A DNA stretch of 64,000 nucleotides from an uncultured Clostridium sp. (GTDB lineage: Bacteria; Bacillota; Clostridia; TANB77; CAG-508): assembly GCA_930991035.1 (NCBI GenBank), contig CAKNRV010000004.1:262-64261 (forward strand), written 5' to 3'. The position numbers and the translations under genes were made by a program. Below, piece by piece: positions 29,377-37,264 of the stretch (position 1 is the stretch's first letter; each line of letters opens with the position of its first letter). The notes below the pieces were generated by a model. It had not been told where the DNA came from. It did not search any database and saw nothing but the letters and a program-made list of their open reading frames with translations.

Positions 29377-29421
29377 TAAAGATGTTATTTTTATTGGCGT
29401 TGGATTCAATGCTTAACATCT
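29377..29421 (+). promoter_or_regulatory. Conserved palindromic 5' leader element, copy C
   Basis: AAAGATGTTAtttttattGGCGTTGGATTCAATGCTTAACATCTT. Confidence 0.6.
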
Positions 29422-29464
29422 TAAAACATCTATCACTTATCACTCGACGACAGGAGGACACGTA

Positions 29465-29716
29465 ATGATTGAAATTCGTTTACCAATAATAAAATGGTTA
29501 AGGAGCTATGCCGAGTACGGCGAAATGCATGCTCCATTCGAATTGAGCAAAACTGAAATTGCTAACCTTAAAAATTCTGGTTTTCAGGTTACAATAATAG
29601 CTAATGCAAGGATTGAGAATCTACATCTGTGCGATGTGGATTGGAGCCAGCCAAAAGGCAGGTTGGCTGAACGTTTTCACGAAATTGCACAAGATGCAAT
29701 TTCAATAAGCAAATGA
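29465..29716 (+). CDS. Islet gene C: orphan protein, 83 aa (paralog of B)
   Basis: AGGAGG SD 7 nt before the ATG; own promoter and terminator. Confidence 0.65.
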   Translation: MIEIRLPIIKWLRSYAEYGEMHAPFELSKTEIANLKNSGFQVTIIANARIENLHLCDVDWSQPKGRLAERFHEIAQDAISISK

Positions 29717-29763
29717 GCGTGAGGTAAAACTCACAAAGTAACAGAGCAAGTGATAGATGTTGG

Positions 29764-29796
29764 CAACCCTACCGTAATTCGGCAGGGCTGTTTTTT
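29764..29796 (+). terminator. Terminator of islet gene C
   Basis: CCCTACCG-taatt-CGGCAGGG stem followed by T6. Confidence 0.65.
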
Positions 29797-29867
29797 GAGT
29801 GTTAAGAATAATATAATTAATTATTCGCACTTACTATTTAAAACATACATTGCACCTGCAAAAAATC

Positions 29868-29882
29868 AACTGTGAATTGTAA
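29868..29882. repeat. Right copy of 15-bp direct repeat AACTGTGAATTGTAA
   Basis: Identical to 28225-28239. Confidence 0.6.
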
Positions 29883-29986
29883 CTATTCGCAATTATATAG
29901 ACTAGAACAAAACATAAAACACTTGTTTTTTGTCAATTTATGTAGTATAATATTATCTGCTAAAATAAGAAATAGGGGGCTACTTT

Positions 29987-32815
29987 ATGAATGATAAAAT
30001 AGTAATAAAAGGAGCAAAAGAGCATAACCTTAAAAATATAAATATAGAAATTCCAAGAGATAAATTAGTAGTTATAACAGGACTTTCGGGTTCGGGTAAA
30101 TCTTCTCTTGCATTTGATACACTATATGCAGAAGGACAAAGAAGATATGTAGAAAGTTTATCTGCGTATGCAAGACAATTTTTAGGATTAATGGAGAAAC
30201 CAGATGTAGAATCAATTGACGGGCTTTCTCCAGCAATTTCAATAGACCAAAAAACTACTTCTAAAAATCCACGTTCTACTGTTGGTACTGTTACAGAAAT
30301 TTATGACTATATACGTCTTTTATATGCAAGAATTGGTGTGCCATATTGTCCTAAATGTGGTAAAAAAATTGAAAAGCAAACAATAGATCAAATTATAGAC
30401 AATATATTAGAACTAGAAGAAGGCACAAGGATTCAAGTTTTAGCACCAATAGTAAGAGGAAGAAAAGGTGAGTTTACAAAGCTTTTAGAAAATTTCCAAA
30501 AAGAAGGCTTTGTAAGAGCCAGAATAGATGGAGAGATGGTAGAGCTTTCTGACGATTTACAAATAGACAGAAAGAAAAAGCACAATATAGAGTTAATTGT
30601 AGATAGATTAGTTATAAAAGAAGACATTAGAAGTAGATTAACAGAATCTGTTGAAACAGCTCTAAAGCACGCTAACAACATAGTTATCATAGAAGATGCG
30701 ACACATAAAAATGAGATGTTATTTAGCCAAAACTATGCCTGCCCAGATTGTGGAATTAGTTTTGAAGAGTTAACACCAAGAATGTTCTCATTTAACAATC
30801 CATTTGGGGCTTGCCCAAGTTGTACAGGTATTGGATACTTAATGAAAATGGACGAAGACTTAATTATTCCTGACAAAAACAAAACTCTATATGATGGTGT
30901 AAAAGCCTTTGGCTCTAGTGTTATGAAACGTGGAGACACTATGGCTAAGATGTATTTTGAAAGCATTGCAAAACATTATGGAGTAGAAATAAAAGGTGTA
31001 CCTATAAAGAAATTACCACGTGACTTCCTAGATAAAATCCTATATGGTACAGGTGACGAAGAAATAAATTTTGAATATACATCAGCAGCTGGAACAAGAA
31101 GGTTTACAGCACCATTCGAAGGAGTTTTGCCAACACTAGAAAGACGCCATAATGAGACAAAATCTCAAGGAATGCGTACTTTTTATGAAATGTATATGAG
31201 TGAATCTCCTTGTCCAGAATGTCACGGTGCAAGACTAAAAAAAGAAAGCCTATCTGTAAAAGTAGGAGATAAAAATATAAATGAACTTACAGATATGTCA
31301 ATAAATAAAATAAAGGACTATTTAAATTCTTTAGAGTTAAATGCTAAAGATAGAATGATTGCAGACCAAATATTCAAAGAATTAAATAAAAGATTACAAT
31401 TTTTGATAGATGTTGGACTAGAATATTTAACACTTTCAAGAAGTGCTGGAACATTATCAGGAGGAGAAGCACAACGTATACGTTTGGCAACACAAATTGG
31501 TTCTGGACTTACAGGAGTGTTATACATCTTAGACGAGCCAAGCATAGGACTACATCAAAGGGACAACGACAAACTGCTTGCAACTTTAAAGCACTTGAGA
31601 GATTTAGGAAATACTGTTTTAGTAGTAGAACACGACGAAGATACTATGTATGCAGCAGACCAAATAATTGATATAGGGCCTGGGGCTGGCGTGCACGGAG
31701 GAAACGTTATGGCACAGGGAACAGCAGAAGAAGTAAAACTTGTACCAGACTCTATTACAGGGCAATATTTAAGTGGCAGAAAGAAAATATTAGTTCCAAA
31801 AAAACGTAGAAAATCTAATGGAAAGTCTATTGAAGTAAAAGGAGCTACTGAGCATAACTTAAAAAATATAAATGTAAAATTTCCACTTGGACAATTTATT
31901 TGTGTTACTGGTGTTTCTGGCTCAGGGAAAAGTACATTAGTAAATGAAATATTATACAAAACAATTGCAAGAGACTTGAACGATTCAAATGAAAAACCTG
32001 GAAAATGCAAAGAAGTAAAAGGATTGGAAAACATAGATAAAATAATTAACATCGACCAATCTCCAATAGGAAGAACACCACGTTCTAATCCAGCAACATA
32101 TACAGGTGTATTTGATTTTATACGTGATTTGTTTGCAGGAACAAATGAAGCTAAAATGAGAGGATATGACAAAGGAAGATTTAGCTTTAATGTTCAGGGG
32201 GGAAGATGTGAAGCTTGTAACGGAGATGGAATATTAAAAATAGAAATGCACTTCTTGCCAGATATATATGTACCTTGTGAAGTTTGCAAGGGAAAAAGAT
32301 ACAACAAAGAAACATTAGAGGTAAAATATAAAGGCAAAACTATATCAGATGTATTAGATATGACAGTAGAAGAAGCATTAGAATTCTTTAAAAATATACC
32401 TAGAATAAAAGACAAAATACAAACCCTATATGATGTTGGACTTGGATACATAAAATTAGGACAACCATCTACAACATTATCAGGAGGAGAAGCACAACGT
32501 ATAAAACTTGCAACAGAGCTTTCTAAAAGAGCTACTGGAAAAACATTGTATATCTTAGACGAACCAACAACAGGACTTCATATAGCAGATGTTCACAGAT
32601 TGGTTGATATATTGCAAAGAATAGTTGATACAGGAAACAGCATTATTGTAATTGAACACAACTTAGACTTAATTAAAACGGCAGATTATATCATTGACCT
32701 TGGACCAGAAGGTGGAGATGGTGGAGGAGAAATAGTTGCAGTTGGTTCTCCAGAGCAAATTGTAAAGAATGAAAGAAGCTATACAGGTAAGTTTTTGAAA
32801 AAATATTTGGAATAA
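29987..32815 (+). CDS. uvrA: Excinuclease ABC subunit A
   Basis: Two ABC modules ([18 protein letters not shown]) and zinc-finger CxxC pairs, 942 aa. Confidence 0.97.
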   Translation: MNDKIVIKGAKEHNLKNINIEIPRDKLVVITGLSGSGKSSLAFDTLYAEGQRRYVESLSAYARQFLGLMEKPDVESIDGLSPAISIDQKTTSKNPRSTVGTVTEIYDYIRLLYARIGVPYCPKCGKKIEKQTIDQIIDNILELEEGTRIQVLAPIVRGRKGEFTKLLENFQKEGFVRARIDGEMVELSDDLQIDRKKKHNIELIVDRLVIKEDIRSRLTESVETALKHANNIVIIEDATHKNEMLFSQNYACPDCGISFEELTPRMFSFNNPFGACPSCTGIGYLMKMDEDLIIPDKNKTLYDGVKAFGSSVMKRGDTMAKMYFESIAKHYGVEIKGVPIKKLPRDFLDKILYGTGDEEINFEYTSAAGTRRFTAPFEGVLPTLERRHNETKSQGMRTFYEMYMSESPCPECHGARLKKESLSVKVGDKNINELTDMSINKIKDYLNSLELNAKDRMIADQIFKELNKRLQFLIDVGLEYLTLSRSAGTLSGGEAQRIRLATQIGSGLTGVLYILDEPSIGLHQRDNDKLLATLKHLRDLGNTVLVVEHDEDTMYAADQIIDIGPGAGVHGGNVMAQGTAEEVKLVPDSITGQYLSGRKKILVPKKRRKSNGKSIEVKGATEHNLKNINVKFPLGQFICVTGVSGSGKSTLVNEILYKTIARDLNDSNEKPGKCKEVKGLENIDKIINIDQSPIGRTPRSNPATYTGVFDFIRDLFAGTNEAKMRGYDKGRFSFNVQGGRCEACNGDGILKIEMHFLPDIYVPCEVCKGKRYNKETLEVKYKGKTISDVLDMTVEEALEFFKNIPRIKDKIQTLYDVGLGYIKLGQPSTTLSGGEAQRIKLATELSKRATGKTLYILDEPTTGLHIADVHRLVDILQRIVDTGNSIIVIEHNLDLIKTADYIIDLGPEGGDGGGEIVAVGSPEQIVKNERSYTGKFLKKYLE

Positions 32816-32936
32816 TTAATAACTTGTAGGTCCCCATCTTAAGCGGTCCAACATAAAATTAAAAATAACATTGCTTCGCTTGAATAATAAGAGTTAGACT
32901 TGCTCACAAAAAGCAAATCTAACTCTTATGTCCTAA

Positions 32937-33020
32937 CTATTGATTGTTGTTATTGTTATTTTCGTTTTGTTTTCCATTATTTTTTTTGTTATTCTTTTTT
33001 GAATTTTTATTTTCTGCCAT
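32937..33020 (-). CDS. Tiny Asn/Lys-rich peptide, 27 aa (MAENKNSKKNNKKNNGKQNENNNNNNQ)
   Basis: GGAGGTG SD 6 nt before the ATG at 33020. A strong hairpin terminator follows the stop (32888-32931). Confidence 0.45.
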   Translation of the reverse strand: MAENKNSKKNNKKNNGKQNENNNNNNQ

Positions 33021-33211
33021 TAGAAGCACCTCCAATCTAGTAAAATTATGCACAAAAAATATAAAATTATACAGAAATTTATTTTTGAATACGTAATAAT
33101 ATGTACTATTTAAAATAATATTGATTAGCCAAAAATATAACTGTATTTGTAACTAAAAAACGAGAAATAAAGTAAAAGACAAGAAATAAAGTAAAAGACA
33201 AGAAAAATTTC

Positions 33212-33240
33212 TTGACAAGCAAAAGAATTATTGATATTAT
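33212..33240 (+). promoter_or_regulatory. Promoter of leader/LRR unit 1
   Basis: TTGACA-17 nt-TATTAT, preceded by a 2x tandem 20-mer AAGAAATAAAGTAAAAGAC (33163-33203). Confidence 0.65.
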
Positions 33241-33331
33241 TTAGCTGTGCAAAAAAAGAAGTTGGAGAAATTATTTCTTCAATAAGTTTTGTATAACTTG
33301 AGAAGAAAAAGCAAAGGAGAAAAGACAAAAA

Positions 33332-33412
33332 ATGGGAACAAAAAGAATAAGAAAAATGATTAAAACCGTTGGCGTTGTAAGAGAGAGAGAGAGAGAGAGA
33401 GCAATAGATTAG
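33332..33412 (+). CDS. Leader ORF 1 (26 codons as sequenced) containing the (AG)11 tract
   Basis: AAAGGAG SD; MGTKRIRKMIKTVGVVRERERERAID*. A conserved stop-free frame 33403-33531 would be joined if the tract had 10 or 13 units. Confidence 0.45.
   Translation: MGTKRIRKMIKTVGVVRERERERAID
33380..33401 (+). repeat. (AG)11 dinucleotide microsatellite
   Basis: Perfect 22-nt AG tract. Confidence 0.95.
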
Positions 33413-33474
33413 AAAAAGTTGCTCAAATTTGTGATGCTAAAAATGTAAGTGTAAATAATAAAATAGATAAGCAA

Positions 33475-33543
33475 AAAAGGATAGATTATATTGCAAATAG
33501 AAGGAAAGAAAAACTTCTATTTACAGGATAGTCTATCCTTTTT
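33475..33543 (+). terminator. Compound hairpin + T-run (putative attenuator/terminator) upstream of LRR gene 1
   Basis: Outer stem AAAAGGATAGA/TCTATCCTTTT, inner stem AAATAGAAG/CTTCTATTT, then TTTTTG. It ends 37 nt before ATG 33580. Confidence 0.5.
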
Positions 33544-33579
33544 GCGCGTTTAAAAATAAATTTAAGGAGGAAAAAGTCA

Positions 33580-35538
33580 ATGAAAAGAGAAAAGACAAAA
33601 GGAATAACATTACTAGCATTAGTACTAACCATAGTAGTGTTAATAATATTAGCAACAGTAAGTATAAATATGTTGTTTGGAGAAAATGGATTAGTAACAT
33701 CAGCCAATATGGCAGTAAAAATGTCAGAATTCTCAACATTTTTGGAAGAGAAAAATATGTTTGATGCAAATAAAAAAGCAGAAAATGTGGAATATATGCA
33801 AGAAAGTTTAAATGCAGGCAAAACAGTTCTATCCTATAACACACAAGGAAGTGAAGAAACCGATGGGAATATACAAATAGTAATTCCATCAATGGGAGAC
33901 GAATACTTAAACAAATTTGAGATAATAAATGGAGAGCTAATAGTAAATACAGCAGATATTACAGAAATAGAAGTAGCCAGAGCATTAGGAATACAATCAA
34001 ATCCATATGATATAGTAGATGGAGTACTAACATCTTCAAATGAAAATTTAAGCTTGCAAGCACCAAACGGAGTGTTAAAAATCCCAGATAGTGTAACGGT
34101 AATAGGTTCAGGAGCATTTTCAGGGGTTAAAGGATTGACAGAGGTAATAATTCCAGGAACAGTGCAAGAAATACAATCAGATGCATTTTCATATAACACA
34201 GAAATAGAAAAAGTAACAATACAAAATGGAGTAAAAAGCATAGGAGCAAATGCATTTAGAGAATGTAGTAGTTTGCAGGAAATAATAATACCGGATAGTG
34301 TAACAACAATTGGAACGTATGCTTTTTATGCTTGTACAAATTTAAAAAAAGTACAGTTGTCTAATAATCTATCTATATTAAATGCATCTGTTTTTTATGG
34401 GTGCAATAACTTAACCGAAATAAACATACCAACAAAATTAACCCAAATATCTGATAGTGTATTTACTAATTGTACAAAATTAAATAATATAACCATACCA
34501 GCAGGAGTAACAAGTATAGCAAGCAGTGCATTTAGCGATTGTACAAGTTTGACAAATTTAACAATAGACCCATCAAATGAATCATATAAACTAGACGAAA
34601 ATCAATCAGGCATAATATATAAATTAGACGAAATTACTGGAGAACCAACATCATTAATAATGTTAGCAACAATGGCAAATGAAGAAACAGTAAGAATTAG
34701 TGAAGGAATAACAAGCTTAGAAGTAGGAGCACTATCAATATGTACAAATATGAAAACATTGGAATTACCAAGTAGTTTGTCAAGTATCATAGGAAGTACT
34801 TTTGACAGACTTAGATTATTGGGAAATATAAGCTTTCCTTATGGCAATAGCAATTACACAGTAGAAAATGGATATCTATATGGAAATAATGGAACAGAAT
34901 TAATCTATGTGGTTCCGACTAAAACTCAAATAGAAATAAATGAAAAAGTACAAATAATAGGGAGTCATTCAATTCAAAATAGAAATATAACAGAGTTAAA
35001 TATACCAGATAATGTAACAACAATAGAAAATCAAGCATTATATGGTACCAGTAAATTAGCAAAAATACACATAGGAAGTGGAGTATGTAGTTTATCAAGT
35101 CAATTTAAAGAATGGTCGCAAATACCAAATGGACTTGAAATAGAAATAGATGGAGATAATCAAAATTATAAAGTAGAAAATAATTTAATATTAACAAAGG
35201 ATGGAACAGAGGTAGTAACTTATGTGAATAAAGATGTACAGACTCAGGAAATACCAACAAATGTAGTAAAAATTAGTAGTTTTGCTTTTACAGATTTTGA
35301 TATAGCAACAGAAATAATATTGCCAAATACATTAAAAGAAATAGAAAGTAATGCCTTTAGATATTGCGATGGAATAACACAAATAGAAATCCCAAGTAGC
35401 GTAGAAACAATAGGAAATAACGCATTCGATAATTGCTCTAATTTGGAAACAATAAAAATAAACAAAGCAAAAGGCGACCTAGCAGGAGCACCCTGGGGAG
35501 CACCAAAGGGTGATAGAGTGCTTGTGTGGAGTGAGTAG
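33580..35538 (+). CDS. BspA-type leucine-rich-repeat surface protein with pilin-like (class III-like) N-terminal signal, paralog 1
   Basis: N-terminus MKREKTKG|ITLLALVLTIVVLIILA. More than 15 repeats of the IPxSVTxIGxxAFxxCxxL (LRR_5/BspA-like) unit. Confidence 0.85.
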   Translation: MKREKTKGITLLALVLTIVVLIILATVSINMLFGENGLVTSANMAVKMSEFSTFLEEKNMFDANKKAENVEYMQESLNAGKTVLSYNTQGSEETDGNIQIVIPSMGDEYLNKFEIINGELIVNTADITEIEVARALGIQSNPYDIVDGVLTSSNENLSLQAPNGVLKIPDSVTVIGSGAFSGVKGLTEVIIPGTVQEIQSDAFSYNTEIEKVTIQNGVKSIGANAFRECSSLQEIIIPDSVTTIGTYAFYACTNLKKVQLSNNLSILNASVFYGCNNLTEINIPTKLTQISDSVFTNCTKLNNITIPAGVTSIASSAFSDCTSLTNLTIDPSNESYKLDENQSGIIYKLDEITGEPTSLIMLATMANEETVRISEGITSLEVGALSICTNMKTLELPSSLSSIIGSTFDRLRLLGNISFPYGNSNYTVENGYLYGNNGTELIYVVPTKTQIEINEKVQIIGSHSIQNRNITELNIPDNVTTIENQALYGTSKLAKIHIGSGVCSLSSQFKEWSQIPNGLEIEIDGDNQNYKVENNLILTKDGTEVVTYVNKDVQTQEIPTNVVKISSFAFTDFDIATEIILPNTLKEIESNAFRYCDGITQIEIPSSVETIGNNAFDNCSNLETIKINKAKGDLAGAPWGAPKGDRVLVWSE

Positions 35539-35943
35539 AAGATAAAAATTTATTTTTTAAATAGAAAATTTATATCACGAAAAAATCAGAAAATTTGTAA
35601 TATAAAATTTATAGGGTAAAAGGATCAAAAACATCCACAGGTTTCCTGTGGATGTTCAATCGATCTAAAAGATATGTATAAGCCTATGTCGAAAAATGTC
35701 GAACGATTTATGTTGACTATGGCATATAAATATGTTATAGTCAACACATTAATTCAAAAATGTTTTTTGAACTCAAATGAATTGTTTCAAATTTTTTATG
35801 TTTATATCAATTACATATTAAGTTATATCTAAAATATTTTCTCAATGTTAAACATAATCTAAAATATAAAATTTGTATCAAAATAATTTATTTCAAAAGA
35901 TATTTTCAAAATTAAAATATTTTAATCATATGGAGGACGAGTT

Positions 35944-36864
35944 ATGCCAAAAAATAAAATTACAAATACAAAAGAAAATAAAGGAGAAAAACGAAAATTA
36001 CTATCACCAAAATTAGATGTAGTATTTCAAGTCTTATTCGGCGAAAAAGGAAGCGAGAATATTACCAAAAAGATTTTGAAAGCAATATTAAAAGAGCCAA
36101 TCAACAAAGTAGATTTAAGTAGAAATCCAATATTAAGAAGACAAAAGATAAAAGGAAAAATGGGAGTGTTGGATGTAATAGCAGAATTAAACGAAAAAGA
36201 AATGTGCGATATAGAGATGCAAGTAGGAGAGCAAGAAAATATAATAAAGAGGATATTGTATTATTGGGCAAGAGTGTACGGAAGTAATATAAACAAAAAA
36301 GAAGATTATGAAGTATTAAAAAGAACCATTGCAATATTAATCGCAGACTTTGAAATTCCAGGATTGAAGGAACTAGGATATTACACAGATTGGAAGCTAA
36401 TAGAAACAGAGAGCAGAAAAGTAATATTGACAGATACAATCGAGATTGTTATAATAGAGTTGCCAAAGATATATAGGTTAAAAGAAGAAGAGCAAGACAA
36501 AGAATTACTAGACTGGCTATATTTTTTAGAAGATCCAAATTCAAAGAGGGTGATGGATGCAATGAAGGAAAATGAAGGAATAAGGGAAGCAAGAGAAAAA
36601 TTAGAAGAAATGAGCAATGATGTAATAATGCAAAGATTAGCAGAATATAGAGAGTCTGCAATAATTGAAGAAAATGAGGCAAGAAATACAGCGTTACATA
36701 AAGGCATAGCGCAAGGTAGAGAAGAAGGCTTGAAAGAGGGACTTGAACAAGGTGAAAAGAAAAAACAATACGAAATAGCCAAGAAGCTGAAAAATAAAGG
36801 AATAGCAATTGAAGAGATAATGGAAATTACGGATTTACCAAAAGAAGAGGTAGAAAAATTATAA
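35944..36864 (+). CDS. Rpn-family recombination-promoting nuclease / PD-(D/E)XK putative transposase (YhgA-like)
   Basis: LLSPKLDVVFQVLFG..., GVLDVIAEL...CDIEMQV (D...E-x-Q/K nuclease core), C-terminal EEGxxEG repeats plus a GIAIEEIMEITDL helix. This pattern is typical of the PDDEXK_2/Rpn family (from memory). Confidence 0.65.
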   Translation: MPKNKITNTKENKGEKRKLLSPKLDVVFQVLFGEKGSENITKKILKAILKEPINKVDLSRNPILRRQKIKGKMGVLDVIAELNEKEMCDIEMQVGEQENIIKRILYYWARVYGSNINKKEDYEVLKRTIAILIADFEIPGLKELGYYTDWKLIETESRKVILTDTIEIVIIELPKIYRLKEEEQDKELLDWLYFLEDPNSKRVMDAMKENEGIREAREKLEEMSNDVIMQRLAEYRESAIIEENEARNTALHKGIAQGREEGLKEGLEQGEKKKQYEIAKKLKNKGIAIEEIMEITDLPKEEVEKL

Positions 36865-36947
36865 ACAATAGAAGGCAGATACAAATATCAATAATTTTTA
36901 CCATTTAAAAGATATGATAAAAACTGAAAAAATATGCTATGTGCCAC

Positions 36948-36976
36948 TTGACAAAGAAAGTTAGTATTGATAATAT
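36948..36976 (+). promoter_or_regulatory. Promoter of leader/LRR unit 2
   Basis: TTGACA-17 nt-TAATAT. Confidence 0.65.
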
Positions 36977-37015
36977 ATAAATACAAAAGAAAAAGCAAAG
37001 GAGAAAAGGCAAAAA

Positions 37016-37093
37016 ATGGAGACAAAAAAGACAAGAAAAATGGATAAAACCGTTGGAACTGTAAGAGAGAGAGAGAGAGAGAGAGAGCAATAG
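37016..37093 (+). CDS. Leader ORF 2 (25 codons as sequenced) containing the (AG)12 tract
   Basis: AAAGGAG SD; METKKTRKMDKTVGTVREREREREQ*. The conserved stop-free frame 37089-37217 would be joined at 10 or 13 units. Confidence 0.45.
   Translation: METKKTRKMDKTVGTVREREREREQ
37064..37087 (+). repeat. (AG)12 dinucleotide microsatellite
   Basis: Perfect 24-nt AG tract. Confidence 0.95.
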
Positions 37094-37160
37094 ATTAGAA
37101 AAAAGTGCTCTTGTTTGTGATGCAAGAAATGTAAGCATAATAAATAAAATAGATAAGCAT

Positions 37161-37229
37161 AAAAGGGTAGATTATATTGCGAATAGAAGGAAGGAAAAAC
37201 TTCTATTTACAGGATAGTCTATCCTTTTT
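37161..37229 (+). terminator. Compound hairpin + T-run upstream of LRR gene 2
   Basis: AAAAGGGTAGA/TCTATCCTTTT (the A-to-G change keeps a G-U pair), inner AATAGAAG/CTTCTATT, then T-run. Confidence 0.5.
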
Positions 37230-37264
37230 GCGCGTATAAAAATAAATATTAGGAGGAAAAGTTA

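Noticed and set aside
28667-29421. Integron attC sites / gene cassettes (GTTAGGC and GCCTAAC/GCTTAAC resemble the R' GTTRRRY and R'' RYYYAAC cores)
   Set aside because: The elements are only ~40 bp and lie 5' of the ORFs, downstream of promoters. The genes are in mixed orientation with individual terminators (promoters identified for A and C only). The second core of each element does not fit the consensus. There is no intI, and integrons are not expected in this lineage.
29883-29986. LexA/Cheo box (GAAC-N4-GTTC) upstream of uvrA, and likewise upstream of uvrB (23822-23956)
   Set aside because: Only a half-site-like AGAACAAAAC occurs at about 29903. No palindromic GAAC-N4-GTTC is present in either region.
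31555-32172. Long antisense ORFs in the track. Examples: 31555-32172 inside uvrA, 25237-25797 inside uvrB, 36381-36884 inside rpn, 37314-37985 and 38059-38523 inside LRR2, 48399-48938 inside the permease, 14563-15018 inside plsY, 54201-54581 inside secA.
   Set aside because: They lie entirely opposite well-supported genes, lack SD sequences, and have low-complexity Leu/Phe/Ser/Ile-rich translations typical of shadow frames.
33380-33401. The (AG)n tracts as trivial low-complexity sequence or an assembly artefact
   Set aside because: The tract occurs at the same position in two independently diverged copies with different lengths (11 and 12). It is embedded in a conserved SD-ATG-ORF context. 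It is therefore kept as a finding rather than dismissed.
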